Of a DNA stretch of 64,000 nucleotides, positions 13,108 to 26,786 are shown in pieces. The notes under the pieces are model-generated. The model was not told the DNA's origin. It did no database searches and saw nothing but the letters and a program-made list of their open reading frames with translations. The first letter of the stretch is position 1, and each line of letters opens with the position of its first letter. The position numbers and the translations under genes are program-made. This DNA is from Lama guanicoe. Its lineage: Eukaryota. The stretch is from positions 2,236,127 through 2,300,126 of the forward strand of contig MU053594.1 of the NCBI GenBank assembly GCA_013239625.1, read 5' to 3'.

Positions 13108-16100
13108 TGAGCACCTATGATGTAACATTACTGTGCTCGGGCGCCGAACAAAATACAGTTCCCGTCTGCCAGGTGATGGCAGACTTGTAGAGAAAAAGAC
13201 AAGTAAGCAGTTTCAAATGAAGAGGGATCCTTGATCAGGGAAGGTGTTCCAGAGGAGGTCATGTCCAAGTATAGGCCTGAAAGTGCAGTCACCAGATAAC
13301 AGGAGAGACAGTGGGAAGAAAGCTTTCGAGGTAGAGGAAACAGTGGGCAAAGCCCCAGAGGCTGTGCATTGCTGAGTGTAATTCCTCATGATGATTCTTC
13401 AGTCCTGATGTCTGCAAGAGAAGCTGCGGGCTCAGGCAAGTTCCCCTGCGATGCGGGAGGTGGAGCCGTGTGGGGACAAGAGTAGCCAGCAGCGGGGACC
13501 ACTGATGCTTTGGCTTTGCACCACTCTGTTCAAGTCGTATTAATCTTGCCTTTTATAAGCCGACAGTTTTAAGTTTGTTTATTTTGGGACAAGATTTCTA
13601 CTTTACACTTGAATTTTAGGCATCATTTATTATAGCTATTGAAAGAAAACAAATTCAGGGTCCTTTAAAAACTAAGCTAACTTAAAAATACTTGTCAATT
13701 TGCTATGGAATAAATAAAATAATGTCTATAGATAAAGACTTGGGATACTTTCAGTGTACATGTTCAATGTTAGTTTCTTTTCCAGCTTTCCCATTGCGCA
13801 TGTACGCACTTGGAATTAATTTCTCCCACACTGTGATTACACAGCACTTTGTACCTTTATTACAATGTTGATCTTCCTTTCTCTGCTTTATCTCATAGTT
13901 GCTACCATGTCCTTTTCAGAGTCTTACATCTTTTTATTCTTCCTTATATCTTAACAGTGCCTTGTAAAAGGTACTCAATGAATTTTTGTTGAATTGAATT
14001 AACTGAGTCATGATACGCGAATGAAACCATTGCATTGTCTAATACAAAGTTATTAGTCTAAGCAAAAAAAAAGTCTTAGGAAGTGAAATTAAACCGTAGG
14101 TAAGTTTAGTTCTTAAACTCTATGAACAGAACTACATGATTATTTTCTGTGTAACTACTGGGTAGTCATAGGCAAGCTATATTGTCAGAATGCTTTTAAT
14201 GTAATAACAGACAAATATTTAAGTAATCTTGTTAATACAAGGTTCTAAATAATAGTGGAATAAAAAGCCATTCATTTAAAATTTTGATTTCAGATACTTT
14301 TCTATTATAATGGATTTTAATGCCTAATCATTTTTATAATATAATATAATGCACCAGACACAAAGCTTTCAAATATGATTTGATTTCTGCTTCCTGGACA
14401 TGCTTCCTGGGAATGACAACTACTGCAGGCAACTGTGTCATCAGAACAGAAACACTGGCAACTATTCTAAGAAATCTCTGCCAGGATAACTAAACAAATT
14501 CAGTAGCAGGAGAAAATTCTTACAAATAAATAATTCTTATAAATAAATAATTCCATAACAACAAAAGAATTCTCATTTCTAACCATGGCATGGTGTTTTG
14601 GCTGTGTACATTAATGGATTTAAAAAAAAATAGACTTTATACTTTTAGAGCAGTTTCAGGTTCACAACAGAATTAAGCAGAAAATATAGAGTTCACACAT
14701 TAATGGAATTTTATAAGACATTTTAATTTATTAATGTATTAATTCTTAAAATAGTAGTATAAGGGGTTCAGAATTTATATTTTAATATTGGATATCTTCT
14801 TATACTATTCACTGTAGTTACATTCCTTATATACTACTCCAGAAAAAATAAATTATGGAATAAAAGTTGATCTCAGGAAATTAGGATAAGATAATATATA
14901 AGTTTAATGTCTTATAGAAGGTTAATGAATTTTAGTGTCATTTCAATAATTAAGTTGCTGAGTTCTCTATTTTTGGCTTTTCAGAGCCAAACAGTTTGAG
15001 TGGCAACATAGATTAGTGGAGTCAGGTACATTTGGGTCTGAATCCCAATTCTGCTGTACGATTAATGGCTCTTCCTTTCCTTCCTCCAGCTATAACCACT
15101 AACCCATTGACTAGAGGTTTGTGATCTTGGATAAATCAAAGAATCACTTCTCTGAGTATCAATTTCTCATCTATAAGGAAGGTTGTGAAAACTGAAGATA
15201 AATACAAACATTGCTTAGCATAATGCATGGCATATGGTGGATATTTAGTAAATGGTATCTATTATTATTATTAGAGAAAATTTTTTTTTCAGTGCTTTCA
15301 AAAATGTCAGAGTGGGAAAAAGAAAGGAAGGATGGATTACCCATCCTCTGTGTACAGGCATGGAGGGTTTCTGATGATTCAACCTCTTACCTTACAGGTG
15401 AGTTAATGAGTAGAGTTGGAAGGAAGGAAGGAGAAACAAGGAGAGATATTAGATGTAAGATATTATTTGCCCTTAATTATGCAGTAGAAATTCTTTGTCT
15501 ACAAATTCTCCAGTGTATTATAAGCTTCCCCCTCAGTTAGTCTTCAGTTACCAAAAAAAGCTCTTAACAAACACTAGACTTTAAAAGAAAGGTCCTTTCT
15601 TCTCAAAACCTGATTCTCATATGAAAAATGCATTTCTTCCTCATATTATGATTGAATTTTTCTGTGAAACATTCATCAAAAATAGCATATGGTAGTGTAT
15701 AATTTTGATTACCTCTCTCCATTACCAAAACAAATTTATCTTGACTCCCATAGTATAAGAGCCTAATTACTGAATTTAATTTTAAGAACATCTTAGAAGA
15801 GTATTGAATTGGTTCCAAAATCAGCTCTTTGCTTAGTTACCTGGCAACCATCCCAATACTTGGAGAATCCAGAAGCTCCTGAAACCAGTGTGATATAGTA
15901 ATTAAGCACCTTGGCTCCATTGTCAGGTGGACCGAGGTTCAAACTGTCTTTACTATATTTTAGCTGAAATAGTCACTTACATGTTTCAGCTTCAGCTCCT
16001 TCGTCTGCAATAGGGGTAATTATAAGGCTTCTCAGATAGAACTGTTCTGATGATTAAATGTGAATGTGAGTAAAGGATTTAGAGTGTAAATGCTGTGTAG

Positions 16101-16153
16101 TTAGTTCTCAAAAATATTATTGTCCAGTGAGAGGAGCAGATGGTTGGAAAAGG

Positions 16154-16155
<2 letters not shown>

Positions 16156-16191
<36 letters not shown>
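16156..16191. repeat. (CA)n microsatellite
   Basis: Direct read of an uninterrupted CA run. Confidence 0.95.
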
Positions 16192-16194
<3 letters not shown>

Positions 16195-16749
16195 GAAAAC
16201 AAACTTAGAAGCACTGGGGGAAATACATTAATTCAAATAGAAATTTAAAATATTTATTCTTTCCATTGAATATAAATGCAATGCATGCTCATGACACAAA
16301 CATCAAAACGTGTGAAGGAAAGGACATAAAGCAAAATAATATTTACACAAATCCATTACTGAATCTAAAAATCTCAATGTAAGTTTAAAAATGTAAAACA
16401 TGTGACATTTTTAGAAGAACCTTAAAAAAGCTCCAAAACAACGCATCACATTCAGAACGGCAGCTAGAGAAGCAGCGGGCTAGCTTAATGATCATGACCC
16501 AGAAAGCACGCTTAGTGATGGGAAGAAGATAGCAGTACAAGTAAAGGTAAACGGAGACACAGAGGCAGGAGTGAGCTCAGAGCTGCTTAAAGATGGTGTC
16601 TGGGACAAGAGGTATACAGGGAACAGAGGTATACAGGGTAGGACAGTTGAATGGCATCATGTTGAAGACCTTGACATAAAGGAAGCTCTGTTTAAAATTG
16701 TTTTGGTAGAAGATAGGAACTATGTCTCTGACCTCAATATTCGTAAGTT

Positions 16750-17780
16750 AGAAATAAAAAACAGATAAGAAGACTTCACACATTTGGAAATTAAAAGGCA
16801 TACTTCTAAATAATTTATGGGACAAGTTATAAATCAGAATAGAAATTTTAAAGTACTTAAAATGGAATAATAATGAAAATGCTACATAGCTTGTGAGATG
16901 CAGCTAAAATAGTACTTTGAGGGATATTTATAACCGTAAAGGCTTATATTAGAAAAGAGATTAAAGCAGAAAATTAAACAACAAAACTTTTCACAAAGTA
17001 AAAAGGGAAGGAAGTTAGAAGGAAAGTAAGAACTAACTCAAAATTGAAAAGAGAAGTAATAAAAATCAAGAACTGATTACACAGAAAACAAAAATATGAC
17101 AGAGGATAATAAGACCAAATACTGAGTTTTTGAAAAGGCTATTAAAATAGATACTCCTTCAGCATAATTGCTTAAGAAAAAAGGATACAGAGAGCGGCTT
17201 CAAGATGGTGCAATAGAAGGACGTGGAGCTCACTCTCTCCCACAAGTACATCAAAAATACATTTACACGTGGAATAATTCTCACAGAACACCTACTGAAC
17301 TCTGGCAGAAGGTCTTGTCCAAGTGGAACTACAAAAAAAATCATCACAAAACCAGATAAACAACTGTCTAGGTCCTACACTGTAGCCCAGGGAACTATGT
17401 TCAATATCTTGTAATAGCCTATCATGAAAAAGAATATGAAAAGAATATATGTATGTATAACTGAATCATTATGCTGTACACCAGAATTTAATACAACATT
17501 GTACGTTGACTATACTTTAATTTAAAAAATTTTTATGTAAAGGCAAAAAAAAAAGAAAGAAAAAAGAAAAAATGATGCAAATGATTAGAAATGAAAAGGG
17601 GTAATAACTAGAGCTGCGGTAGAGATTACCAAGATGATTAAAAACACTATGAATCCTTTACAACCACTAAATTTGAAAATGTAGATGAAATGGATAATTT
17701 TCTAGGAAAAAAATAACTTACCAAACTATTTCAAGAAATAAAAAACAGGCCCATCTATTTATTCAGAAACAAAAAATAAA
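16750..17780 (+). mobile_element. Old L1 ORF2 fragment interrupted by a younger mini-L1
   Basis: A-rich L1 ORF2-like motifs (GATGCAGCTAAAATAGTACTT; AAATTTGAAAATGTAGATGAAATGGATAATTTTCTAG). Confidence 0.7.
17190..17563 (+). mobile_element. Mini-L1: L1 5' end joined directly to an L1 3' end plus poly(A), flanked by a target-site duplication
   Basis: Begins with CTTCAAGATGG...GAAGGACGTGGAGCTCAC and ends with an L1 3' UTR. TSD AAGAAAAAAGGATACA (17174-17189) and AAGAAAAAATGATGCA (17564-17579). Confidence 0.75.
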
Positions 17781-18734
17781 CAAGCGTACCAAATTTATAG
17801 CACTTGGTAGATCAGGGCCATATTGATCATTTCAACTGGTTTTTGTCAATACTGAACTCATCAGCTGCATTGGCCTTGGATTGAGTTGGGTCTGCTTGCT
17901 GTACTGTTCCACTTCTAATAGACTTAGTGTCTAAGTTAGCTTCTATTCTGGACTCTTTTTCTAGGTTTCCAAGAACTGTTGCGAAGGGTATGTGTAGTTG
18001 GAATACAGTAATATTCTTTTCCCACTTGATTTTTGACAGGGTTAGAGTTGAGAACCCCTAATCCAGACCTTCAGAATCATCATGATGTTTACCTCTTAAT
18101 CTACATTTGTGGAGAGAGGCATTATGATAAATTTAATTACCTTTTATTTACCTGCAGTGGGTAAATTAACTTTGCCCACACATTTTGCTCCATGGTTGAA
18201 ATTTCAAAATATATATCTTCAGTGGTAATTTTTCTTTTGCGGATGATAAAGATAGATTAAGAAAAATCTGTGAGAATCTCTTTTTAACACTAAGAGCAAG
18301 CCAATCTCGATTGTATCTTTTAATCAGGATGTGGATACCTGGGTGACCATGCCTTTCATAATTTACTCATCATCCTTTGAGATTTACCACTCTGGTCAAA
18401 GCATTTTATTGAATAATAAAGCTTATTTTGTACCTGCTAAATTTTTATTTTTCAATTATGTGTTAAAAAAAAGAGGGAAAACGGAGAAGATAAAAACAAA
18501 CTTTCATTGGGTAACTGCTGGATGTCAGGCTTTGTGTGAGTAATTCATTGAATCCTTCTAACACAGTGAGGTGGTGATATTATTGTCACTTTACAGGCAG
18601 AAGGAACTCAATCAGCATAAAAATGAACAACTTTTCTCTGGGTCACTTAACATTAATTAGGTAACTAATAACTGGCAGTAACTTCTTTTGCTATACCACC
18701 TCAAACACATACTGGAGATTTTGGCACACTTACA

Positions 18735-18760
18735 TACACACACACACACACACACACACA
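18735..18760. repeat. (CA)n microsatellite
   Basis: Direct read. Confidence 0.9.
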
Positions 18761-20399
18761 GTCTCTACTCTCAAAGAAAAATTTATATTCTAGTGGGAAA
18801 TGTGTGCTCTGTTAATACACAGTAGGGGGAGCTAATTCAGTGTGAGGTCTGCTTTGATCAGCTCATTTACTCATGGTATCACGTAGTACTCGCAAAAAGT
18901 GGTGAAGGGTGAAGAATAGTTGAATTACAGTGGTTCTTATAAACCGATGAACTAAGATCTTATTTAATGTACACTAAATATTTATGATAGAATTTTGGAT
19001 TGCAAGTCAATTATAAAATGGGAATTCCATTCTAAATTTAGAATATTACCTAAGTAGAACCAAGATTCTGTGGTTTTACAGAGGTTAGAGAACATTATCT
19101 GATTTTTTTTCTTGAGGCTCCAGGATTTAACTATTATTTCTATGCCAATAATTGGGAGTTAAAATGTCCAATGGTATCACAAGGGAATTTTAGTTCTTAT
19201 TCTATACAGTCTTAATCTTCAGTAGGTTCCAATTCTGTTCTGTTACAAATGCATCTGAGGAAGGTGAGAATTATTATTGGCTTAAGGTAAAGTTATGTAT
19301 CAGTAAAAAGCCTCACATTTGGGCTTGATTCCAAAAGGCAGTATGCATCTCTTGGTTTGTTGATTTTGATAACAGAATGATTAACTATGAATTTGCTCCA
19401 TGAATTTACTACCATTCCCTGTATCTATTAATTGAAATCTGCTATATAGATTCTACAACTTCCACATAGTAAATTTATATCTGCTCTAATAATAAGATAC
19501 AGAAATGTTGGACCTCAAGTAATCTACCGTGCACCTTAAAAGATAGCTTGAATAATCAGTGAAAAGGCTTTCTCTAGCTCTAATCTGATATTTAGGTAGA
19601 CCTAAAGGCAGTGATCTATGGGAGTTGATGAAACGTGTTAGAGGGTTATTAGTTGGAGGGAGAAAGAACGCTGACTTGAGGAAAAAAATGCATATTCAAG
19701 CTCCTTTTCATACCTCCTGGAAATTGCTTGGTCCTGGCTAAGTTCCCAGCTCTGGCATATTTAATTTTCATTTTAAAAATAATGGCTTACTAAAATGAAA
19801 AAAACATATCAGTCATTTTATATAAGAGGGAGTCAATACAATTTTTCTTAAATGTAGGTTTTGATAAAATATGAATTTATCTGTTCTGAAGAAGAAAAAT
19901 GTTTATTTTCTTGGTTCTGTTACATATTTTAAAATCCTGTTACCTATATGTTAATGAAAAACCAATAATAATCACCTGATGGGCATAGCTCTTGTTTTAA
20001 AACATTTACACAAAACAAATGCATGAAAGTAAAAGCAAAAATGGTTTTAAACTGCTTTAATGTCGCTTTAAAAGGCACTTATGTTTTAAAAATCAGTGAG
20101 ATTTGAATTTTAATGTTGAGAAAAATATGAATATAAATGAATACTACATCTTTAAATTCCATGACATGTAGATATCTTAAGGATACTCCTATATAGAACT
20201 GAATTATATGCTACTGATGATTCAATCTGCAATAATGATTAAGGCTTGTCCTTAGCAAACAAGTAACTACTGAGTCTTACACATTTTCGTCATGTTCATG
20301 GTTTCATAGAAAAAAAAAGCGGTGAATGAGTGAATGGGACAGATCTCCCCTTCTAGGTGTGTCTTCCCTGTCCTGCCCATTAAGATGTGAGGAGGAGGG

Positions 20400-21260
20400 G
20401 GTGCGGGATCCTCCATCCAGATGACTCTATCTCATCTCTGCACCATATGTTCACAGGCCTATTTGACAGCTCAAATAGACTTATCTTGGCTTATCTGAAG
20501 GCACCTCACACTCCATGAGTCTAAACTGACCTTCTAACCCCTTCCCTCTCCAAAAAATACCCTAACAGCTGACATTCATTTAACGTTCCTTGTTTCAGAG
20601 AATGGCACCATCCATCCCGTTGGGCAAGCCTTACTTTCCGTATCCAATACACAACTCAAGTCCTACCTGTTTTGCTTTCTAGATATCTCTTAAAACTACT
20701 TTTTCCTCATCCAAGCCACCATCACCTCCCAACTGGATGATTGCTTTGACGTCTCTGCTTCTGCTCTGGCCACTTTCAATCCATTCTCCTGAACTTTTTC
20801 AAACAAATCAGATATTATCATCCTCCAACTTAAAACCTTTCAATGGCTTCTTATGGTTCTTCCCATGGTCTGACCGTCCCATGACCACACTGGCCATTCA
20901 GCTTCCGACATGCGCGATGCTGTTTCTGCTATCCGGAATGCTCTCCTAATGCTCCCTCCTCCCCTCCTTCTGGCTTAATTAACGCCCACTCTTCCTCCAA
21001 ATCTCAGCTTCATCTTTGCAGAAATCCTCCCTGACTCCCTTGATTGGATCCACACTGCTACACAAAATGTTAAATGTTCTTCTAACATCATGTATAATTC
21101 TTTCATAAATCTCTCTCTCCCTGATTAGACTGCAAGTTTCAGATAAGGGCAGGGTTTGTATCTTTAAAACACGTTTTTTGTTGTTGTTCATGATTGTACT
21201 CCAGTACCTAGCATGGTGCCAGGTACGTAGAGGTTCTCAATAAATATTTGTTGAATGCAC
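20400..21260 (+). mobile_element. L2 LINE 3' fragment
   Basis: Pyrimidine-rich L2 body ending CCAGTACCTAGCATGGTGCCAGG...CTCAATAAATATTTGTTGAATG. Confidence 0.7.
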
Positions 21261-21829
21261 CTTGCACAATTTTTCTAAATCAGTTTCTTCTAACTTTTGG
21301 CTCCAGGGCTCATCCTACTGTTGATGGCTTTGCTCAGCCCTTCATGCCTGAGCTTGACACTGCCTCTTCAGCTTTGATCCTGACCTTGCCTGTATCTCTT
21401 ATTAAGGCTACAACGTTTTCAGCTGCTTTGGGCAAACATTCTGTAAAGTTCACTCATAAGCATTTATTTGGTAGGTTAGGAGAGCATCAACTATTTGTCA
21501 GTGCTGTGATTACAAAATCAAGGAAGTCATGATCTTTTTCCTTAAGGAATTTAGAGCCTGCAGGAGAAATACATCAACTACACCACAGGACTGTGTGTCA
21601 GGGACTGTGCTGGGGGAATGCACGGGGTACTATGGAAGCACAAAGGAAGGGGCATTTGCATTAAACCGGGGAATATGTAAGGGTAAGGAGAGACTTGAAT
21701 GTGACTATTTTTGCATTGTTTTTAACTACAAGTAGGCATCAGCTAAAGAGAGAAATGGGAGAAAGGCATTTCCAGGCAGAAGAAATGGTAGACTCAATGT
21801 CACAGAGTGACAATGGTCACAACATTTTG

Positions 21830-22310
21830 TCAATGGATCAGTATATAACCTTGTTTTATGTGGGTTTCTCTTTAAAGACAGCTTCTTTAAAATACCTTGT
21901 TGATTCGTCAACATTGAATTCACGGCCAGTAGCACTTATAACTCATATCTGAATAAAGCTTATCCAACGCGTGTATTTTCTCTGTAAGGCACACCACAAC
22001 CTTCTTACACTTAGGAACACCAGACAGTACTTCAGCACTTGGAGGCTAAATAATATAAAAAAAAAAAAAAAAAAAAAAAACAGAAGTGTAGAAAGGAAAC
22101 GTGTTCACAATACGAGAGCTGAAACTGGAAGGCAGAACATCGCCTTGTTCAACCTCAGCTAGAAAAATTCAAATTTTTCACCACTCTGTGAACGTCCTCC
22201 AATAACTTCCAACGGAAGTGCTATGAGTATTGATTTGGGGGTTACAAATAAACTGCAGCTAGTAAGTGAGTTTGCAAATACAGAATCGTGAATCATGACG
22301 GTTGACAATA
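21830..22310. mobile_element. Probable TcMar-Tigger-type DNA transposon remnant
   Basis: Tigger-like motifs (GATTTGGGGGTTACAAATAAA...TTTGCAAATACAGAATCGTGAAT); recognition from memory. Confidence 0.5.
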
Positions 22311-25300
22311 TCACCAACACGGTGGCTTGGGGAACGGCATAATCTCAGGAGCCAAATGGACAAATGGCTCTGAGGATATTCCTAACCACAGTTCATGTGA
22401 CTAAAACACCTTATCATAGAAAACAATAAAATGATGGAGTGCGTGTAGATACAGAAATTGTTTAACTACCTGGCCCCAACGTAACCTCTCTGCAGAGCTT
22501 TTCATCCTGCCTTTGGTGGAGGCAACGGGAAAAGGCAGATTTTGGCTGTGATTTCAGGTGTGCTGTAATTATTCTCCAGTTACTTGATCCACAGAATAAT
22601 CCAGTTCTTCAATAAACCCTGTTTGATTTGCCCTACTGCTTAGAAGGTGTTTACTAATTTGAACAATAAAGCTTCATGTAGCTGGAATCCAGTTGACAGT
22701 TCTGCCTTTATTTTTAAAAGTGTGTGATCCTTTTTGGCTTCATTCTGTGTTCAAGTGTTTCATTTAATCATGTTTTGCAAGCAGATAGCATGGGTTCTTG
22801 CCTAATCGTACTGTAGGGCTTAAAATGCTTTTCCTTTGTTCTTAAGGTGAATGTATACAGAAGATAAAGTATATAGATCTTTGGAAAAAAAGGATGAGAT
22901 GCACTTGGGGCATGACCTGATCCAACTCTGGGCCTGGGTCTGTCTGGGCCAATGAATTCAGCGATTTGATCTCAAATCTCATTTCTTACCGCAAGTGTCT
23001 TTTTAGGGACTGTAGACGTTACTAAAGAAGACTAAGAGGGGAACTTCATCTATACTGAAAATGTTTCCCAGAATTGAATAATGTTTGAAAACAAAGTGGT
23101 ACAATAGAGGATATAACAGAGTAATTCATATTTATACAAGCTTTCAATTATCATTTGCTACCAAAATATTTGCTTGTTACTGTGAATGCACAGTCTGTTT
23201 TTATTATTCTTCCACTTGAATTCTTTGACAAATTGCGAACAACAAGAATTTAAACAAGGATTTTTGTTGGTGAAGAAGAGATCCACCACTTCCTCATGGT
23301 ATTTGTTCTATGGAGGTGCAGGAACTTTGTTATTATTACATTAGAGCAGGAAAGCAAAATTAAAACAAAGCCAGACAACACTGTTACTGAGAAGATTTGG
23401 ATTTGTCTGGGAAGCCAATACTGGGCAATTTGACACCAAAGAGGATTTTGATCTGAGCACCCTGGCAATGACAGCGAGGAAATCCCTTACATCTTGGATT
23501 GGCTCTACAAAACTGATTCACTGATTCTGAGCACCCCTCTTAAAATGTAAGATAATGGAGGATAACGTTACAGTTTCCCACCTTCATGATTTGGTGCCTA
23601 AAAACACAGCTTCATGAAGCTCCTTAGATTCTTCTTCTTCTAAGAGTGCTCTCATCATAGCACAACTGGCTCTGGTTGATGGGTGTGCCATAGAGCAAAC
23701 TCACTTTCGAGGCAGACTTACACGAGGGCCAGCCCTGGTTGTACAGGTTGTGTGACTGAACCTCATTCCCAGTACAGAGTGTATCTGTATTGCTGTTCTG
23801 CAGATCGCATATTCTCCTTGGAAAAGCCTTTCATTTATATTCACTCATGTTAAAACTTTAATTCCAGATGGGCACTTCCTAGTATGTCATCTATACATAT
23901 GCCCTAAAATACTACTCTGATCTCTTCCTGCTTCTCCCAGCAAATGAATTATTTATAATTCTTTTCATAAAGAGATAATCAGCTAAAGAGCTTTCTTAAA
24001 GGTGGCAAAACTAAAAAGCAAAGAAGTTTTATGATTTCAAAGAATTAGCTGACTATTCATTTATTATAATGTTTTCAGACTACTTTAGAACTCTCAGAGG
24101 AAGAATAATGGTCCAGCACAGTGCTATAAGGTTTCCTTTATGGACAGAGTAAGCCATTTAACCTCGACAGACTCAAATTGTTTTTGATTTTCTGCCATGG
24201 ATATCCATCACAGAAATAGTTGTGATTAATAGCATTCTGTCCACTAACCGAAAGCATTTATAATACAAACCTGGAAAATATTCCAAACTGGAAGATAACA
24301 TCAAAGTTTAAAAACAGTTCAACAACTGAAAAATCAATATCAGTTGGGGAGAAAAAGCTATAAAGGTACTTTCAGAAGAGATGGAAAATACATTTTTAGA
24401 TTTTTCATTAATTTTAAGGAGAAAGTGGAAGAAAAAAAGCTTTAAGAGACTTGATGGGAAAATATTTTTTCCTCTCTTAGAATGAAAATTATTCCAGAAA
24501 TTTACTTCTCAGTGTATATGTTCAAAACATATAGAAGATTCTCTTAAATTAAATAGATCATTGTAAATGTTTTATTAGTTACAGAGAACCTCCCACCTCC
24601 ATTTATATTCTGCCATCAAGCTAAAAAATTCTAAAGCAGTGGTGGCAGCCAGCAGAGAGAGTACCATAGACAGGAAAACAGTGGAATTCAAAAATAGATT
24701 CTATGTTTTAGTAATTACAGGGAGTCACATTTCCTCTCATCATATATAGACCCCTGAGGTAAAAGCAAAACTGAGGTGGTACACTAAATTGGTCCTAAAG
24801 GAGACCTGCGAACAGTTTAGCTTTGAGGAGTATTCTTGTAAAAATGATCAGCCTAGAAAAATTTTCCAGATGGATATACGTGGAAAAGGCTAAACAAAAC
24901 AACATTATCACTGTGTAGAGCATACATTCATTCATTGATTCAATTATGTATTTATTTAATCAACAAAAATTTATTGAATTTCACTAACCAGAGAAGCATC
25001 AGGGTTGAGCAATAAGAAATGACCTCTGCCCTCTTGCAGGAAAAGAGAATTAATGTTTGTTGAGAGCGAGTGATGCCTTTATGTATCATATCACCTCTAT
25101 GAGGTGGGATTTTTATCTTTCCTCCTTCTCTGTCTGAGGAAGCTGAGCCTCACAGGGGTTGAATAGGTTACTCAGGGTCACTCAGGAAGTGGCAGAGTCA
25201 GACTTGCAAACCCAGCTGTCTCCAAAGTCCACTACACTGAGGAGCCTATATGCTAGCCAGAAAGACAGAAACATACACAATTAGCCATAAGGCAGATGGG

Positions 25301-26404
25301 AGGCTGTGGCCGATACTGTGAGAGGTGTGTGTGACTTGCTATGGGAGCACAGAGTAGGGAGCTATTTATTCTCTTGTCTCTAGGTCACCTCTGGGACGGC
25401 TTCACAGACAAATTGCACCTGAGCTTGGCCTTGAAGGTAAATGGGGGAGAGCATTTTAGGCAGAGACATAAAAATGCATTGCAGGTTTGTGGCTTACAGT
25501 CCCACAGGGCTGAAAACAGCATTTCTCATACTTGAATTCATACCACAGTCTTGAATTTTAGAATATTTGGCAGCATACCTGAACACTGCCTCGGCTGGCA
25601 GTCATTACAATACAATGAATCTCCTGGGCTTTACTTGGAGATTGGCTTTGGATCTAGGCTCCACCACTTACCAGTTGGGGAAACTTCGGAAAATCATGTA
25701 AGCTGTGTTAGATTAAATGGGAATAATCATCATGAGGCTATTTAAGGAGGATGCGAGTGGATACACGCACAGCGCTTAGCTTAGAATACACAGCACATCA
25801 CGTGCACTCGCTAAACTGGGTGTTACGAGCACTACATCACAGGAATATCGGAGGAGAGCTGTAAGAGCATTCAGTTATTACATGATTCTCTCGGTTGCTT
25901 TTTCACCATGGCATCGTTTGAACAGAACTGCACTGTGCTGTACTGACTAAACTCACCCATATACTCACAAGGCACAGTTTTAGTAATATTCTCTTTCTGC
26001 CCTGCTGGCTTGCTGTTCTGTTAGGCCTCTGATCTTCTATTCTCAACAAATAGAATCATCTTATATACTGCACTGCAGGAACCATTCGACTTAATATACA
26101 AGTTGGCAGATATCACAGAGTAATGTGTGTATGTTTAGGGTGAGCAAAAATACACTTTATCCATTCACCACTTTGGTGGCATATATGGGGGTGGCGCACA
26201 GTGTGCCTTAGTCTAGTGGTTGAGAACCAGCTGTACAGAGGAGGCTGCCTTGGGGGTAGTGGTGGGGTGAAGGGAAGGAGGAGAGTGGTAGGGAGAAGTG
26301 ATTCAGGCTATGGGCAGATTGGAAAAGAACTTGAATACCATGCTGGAGGATTTGGTCTTGATTCTGCAGAAATGGAGAGCCAGGGGTAAAAGTGAAAGTA
26401 GGTG

Positions 26405-26786
26405 TGTGGACTGAATTGTGTCGTTCCCACCCCTTGGCCCCTGCAATTCTTATGTTGAAGACCTAACCCCCCAGTGTAACTGTATCTGGAAACAGTCTTT
26501 AGGGAGGTAATTAAAGTCAAATGAGTCGTAAAGGTGGGGTCCTAATATATGAGGACTGGTGTCCTTATAAGATGAGGAAGAAAGAGACACCCGAGCTCTC
26601 TCCCTCTGCCATGTGAGGACGCGAGCAGTCATCTCTAAGCCAGGAAGAGAAGCTACATCAGAAGCCAACTCTGGTGGCACTGTGATCTCATACTTCCAAC
26701 TTCCAGAACTGTGAGAAAATAAAATTCTGTTATTTAAGCCACCTCATTTGTGCGGTTCTGTTATGCAGCCCTAGGAGACTAATACA
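26405..26786 (+). mobile_element. MLT1-type solo LTR
   Basis: TG...CA termini (TGTGGACTGAATTGTGTC ... GACTAATACA), GACTGGTGTCCTTATAAGA, CCAGAACTGTGAGAAAATAAA. Confidence 0.85.
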
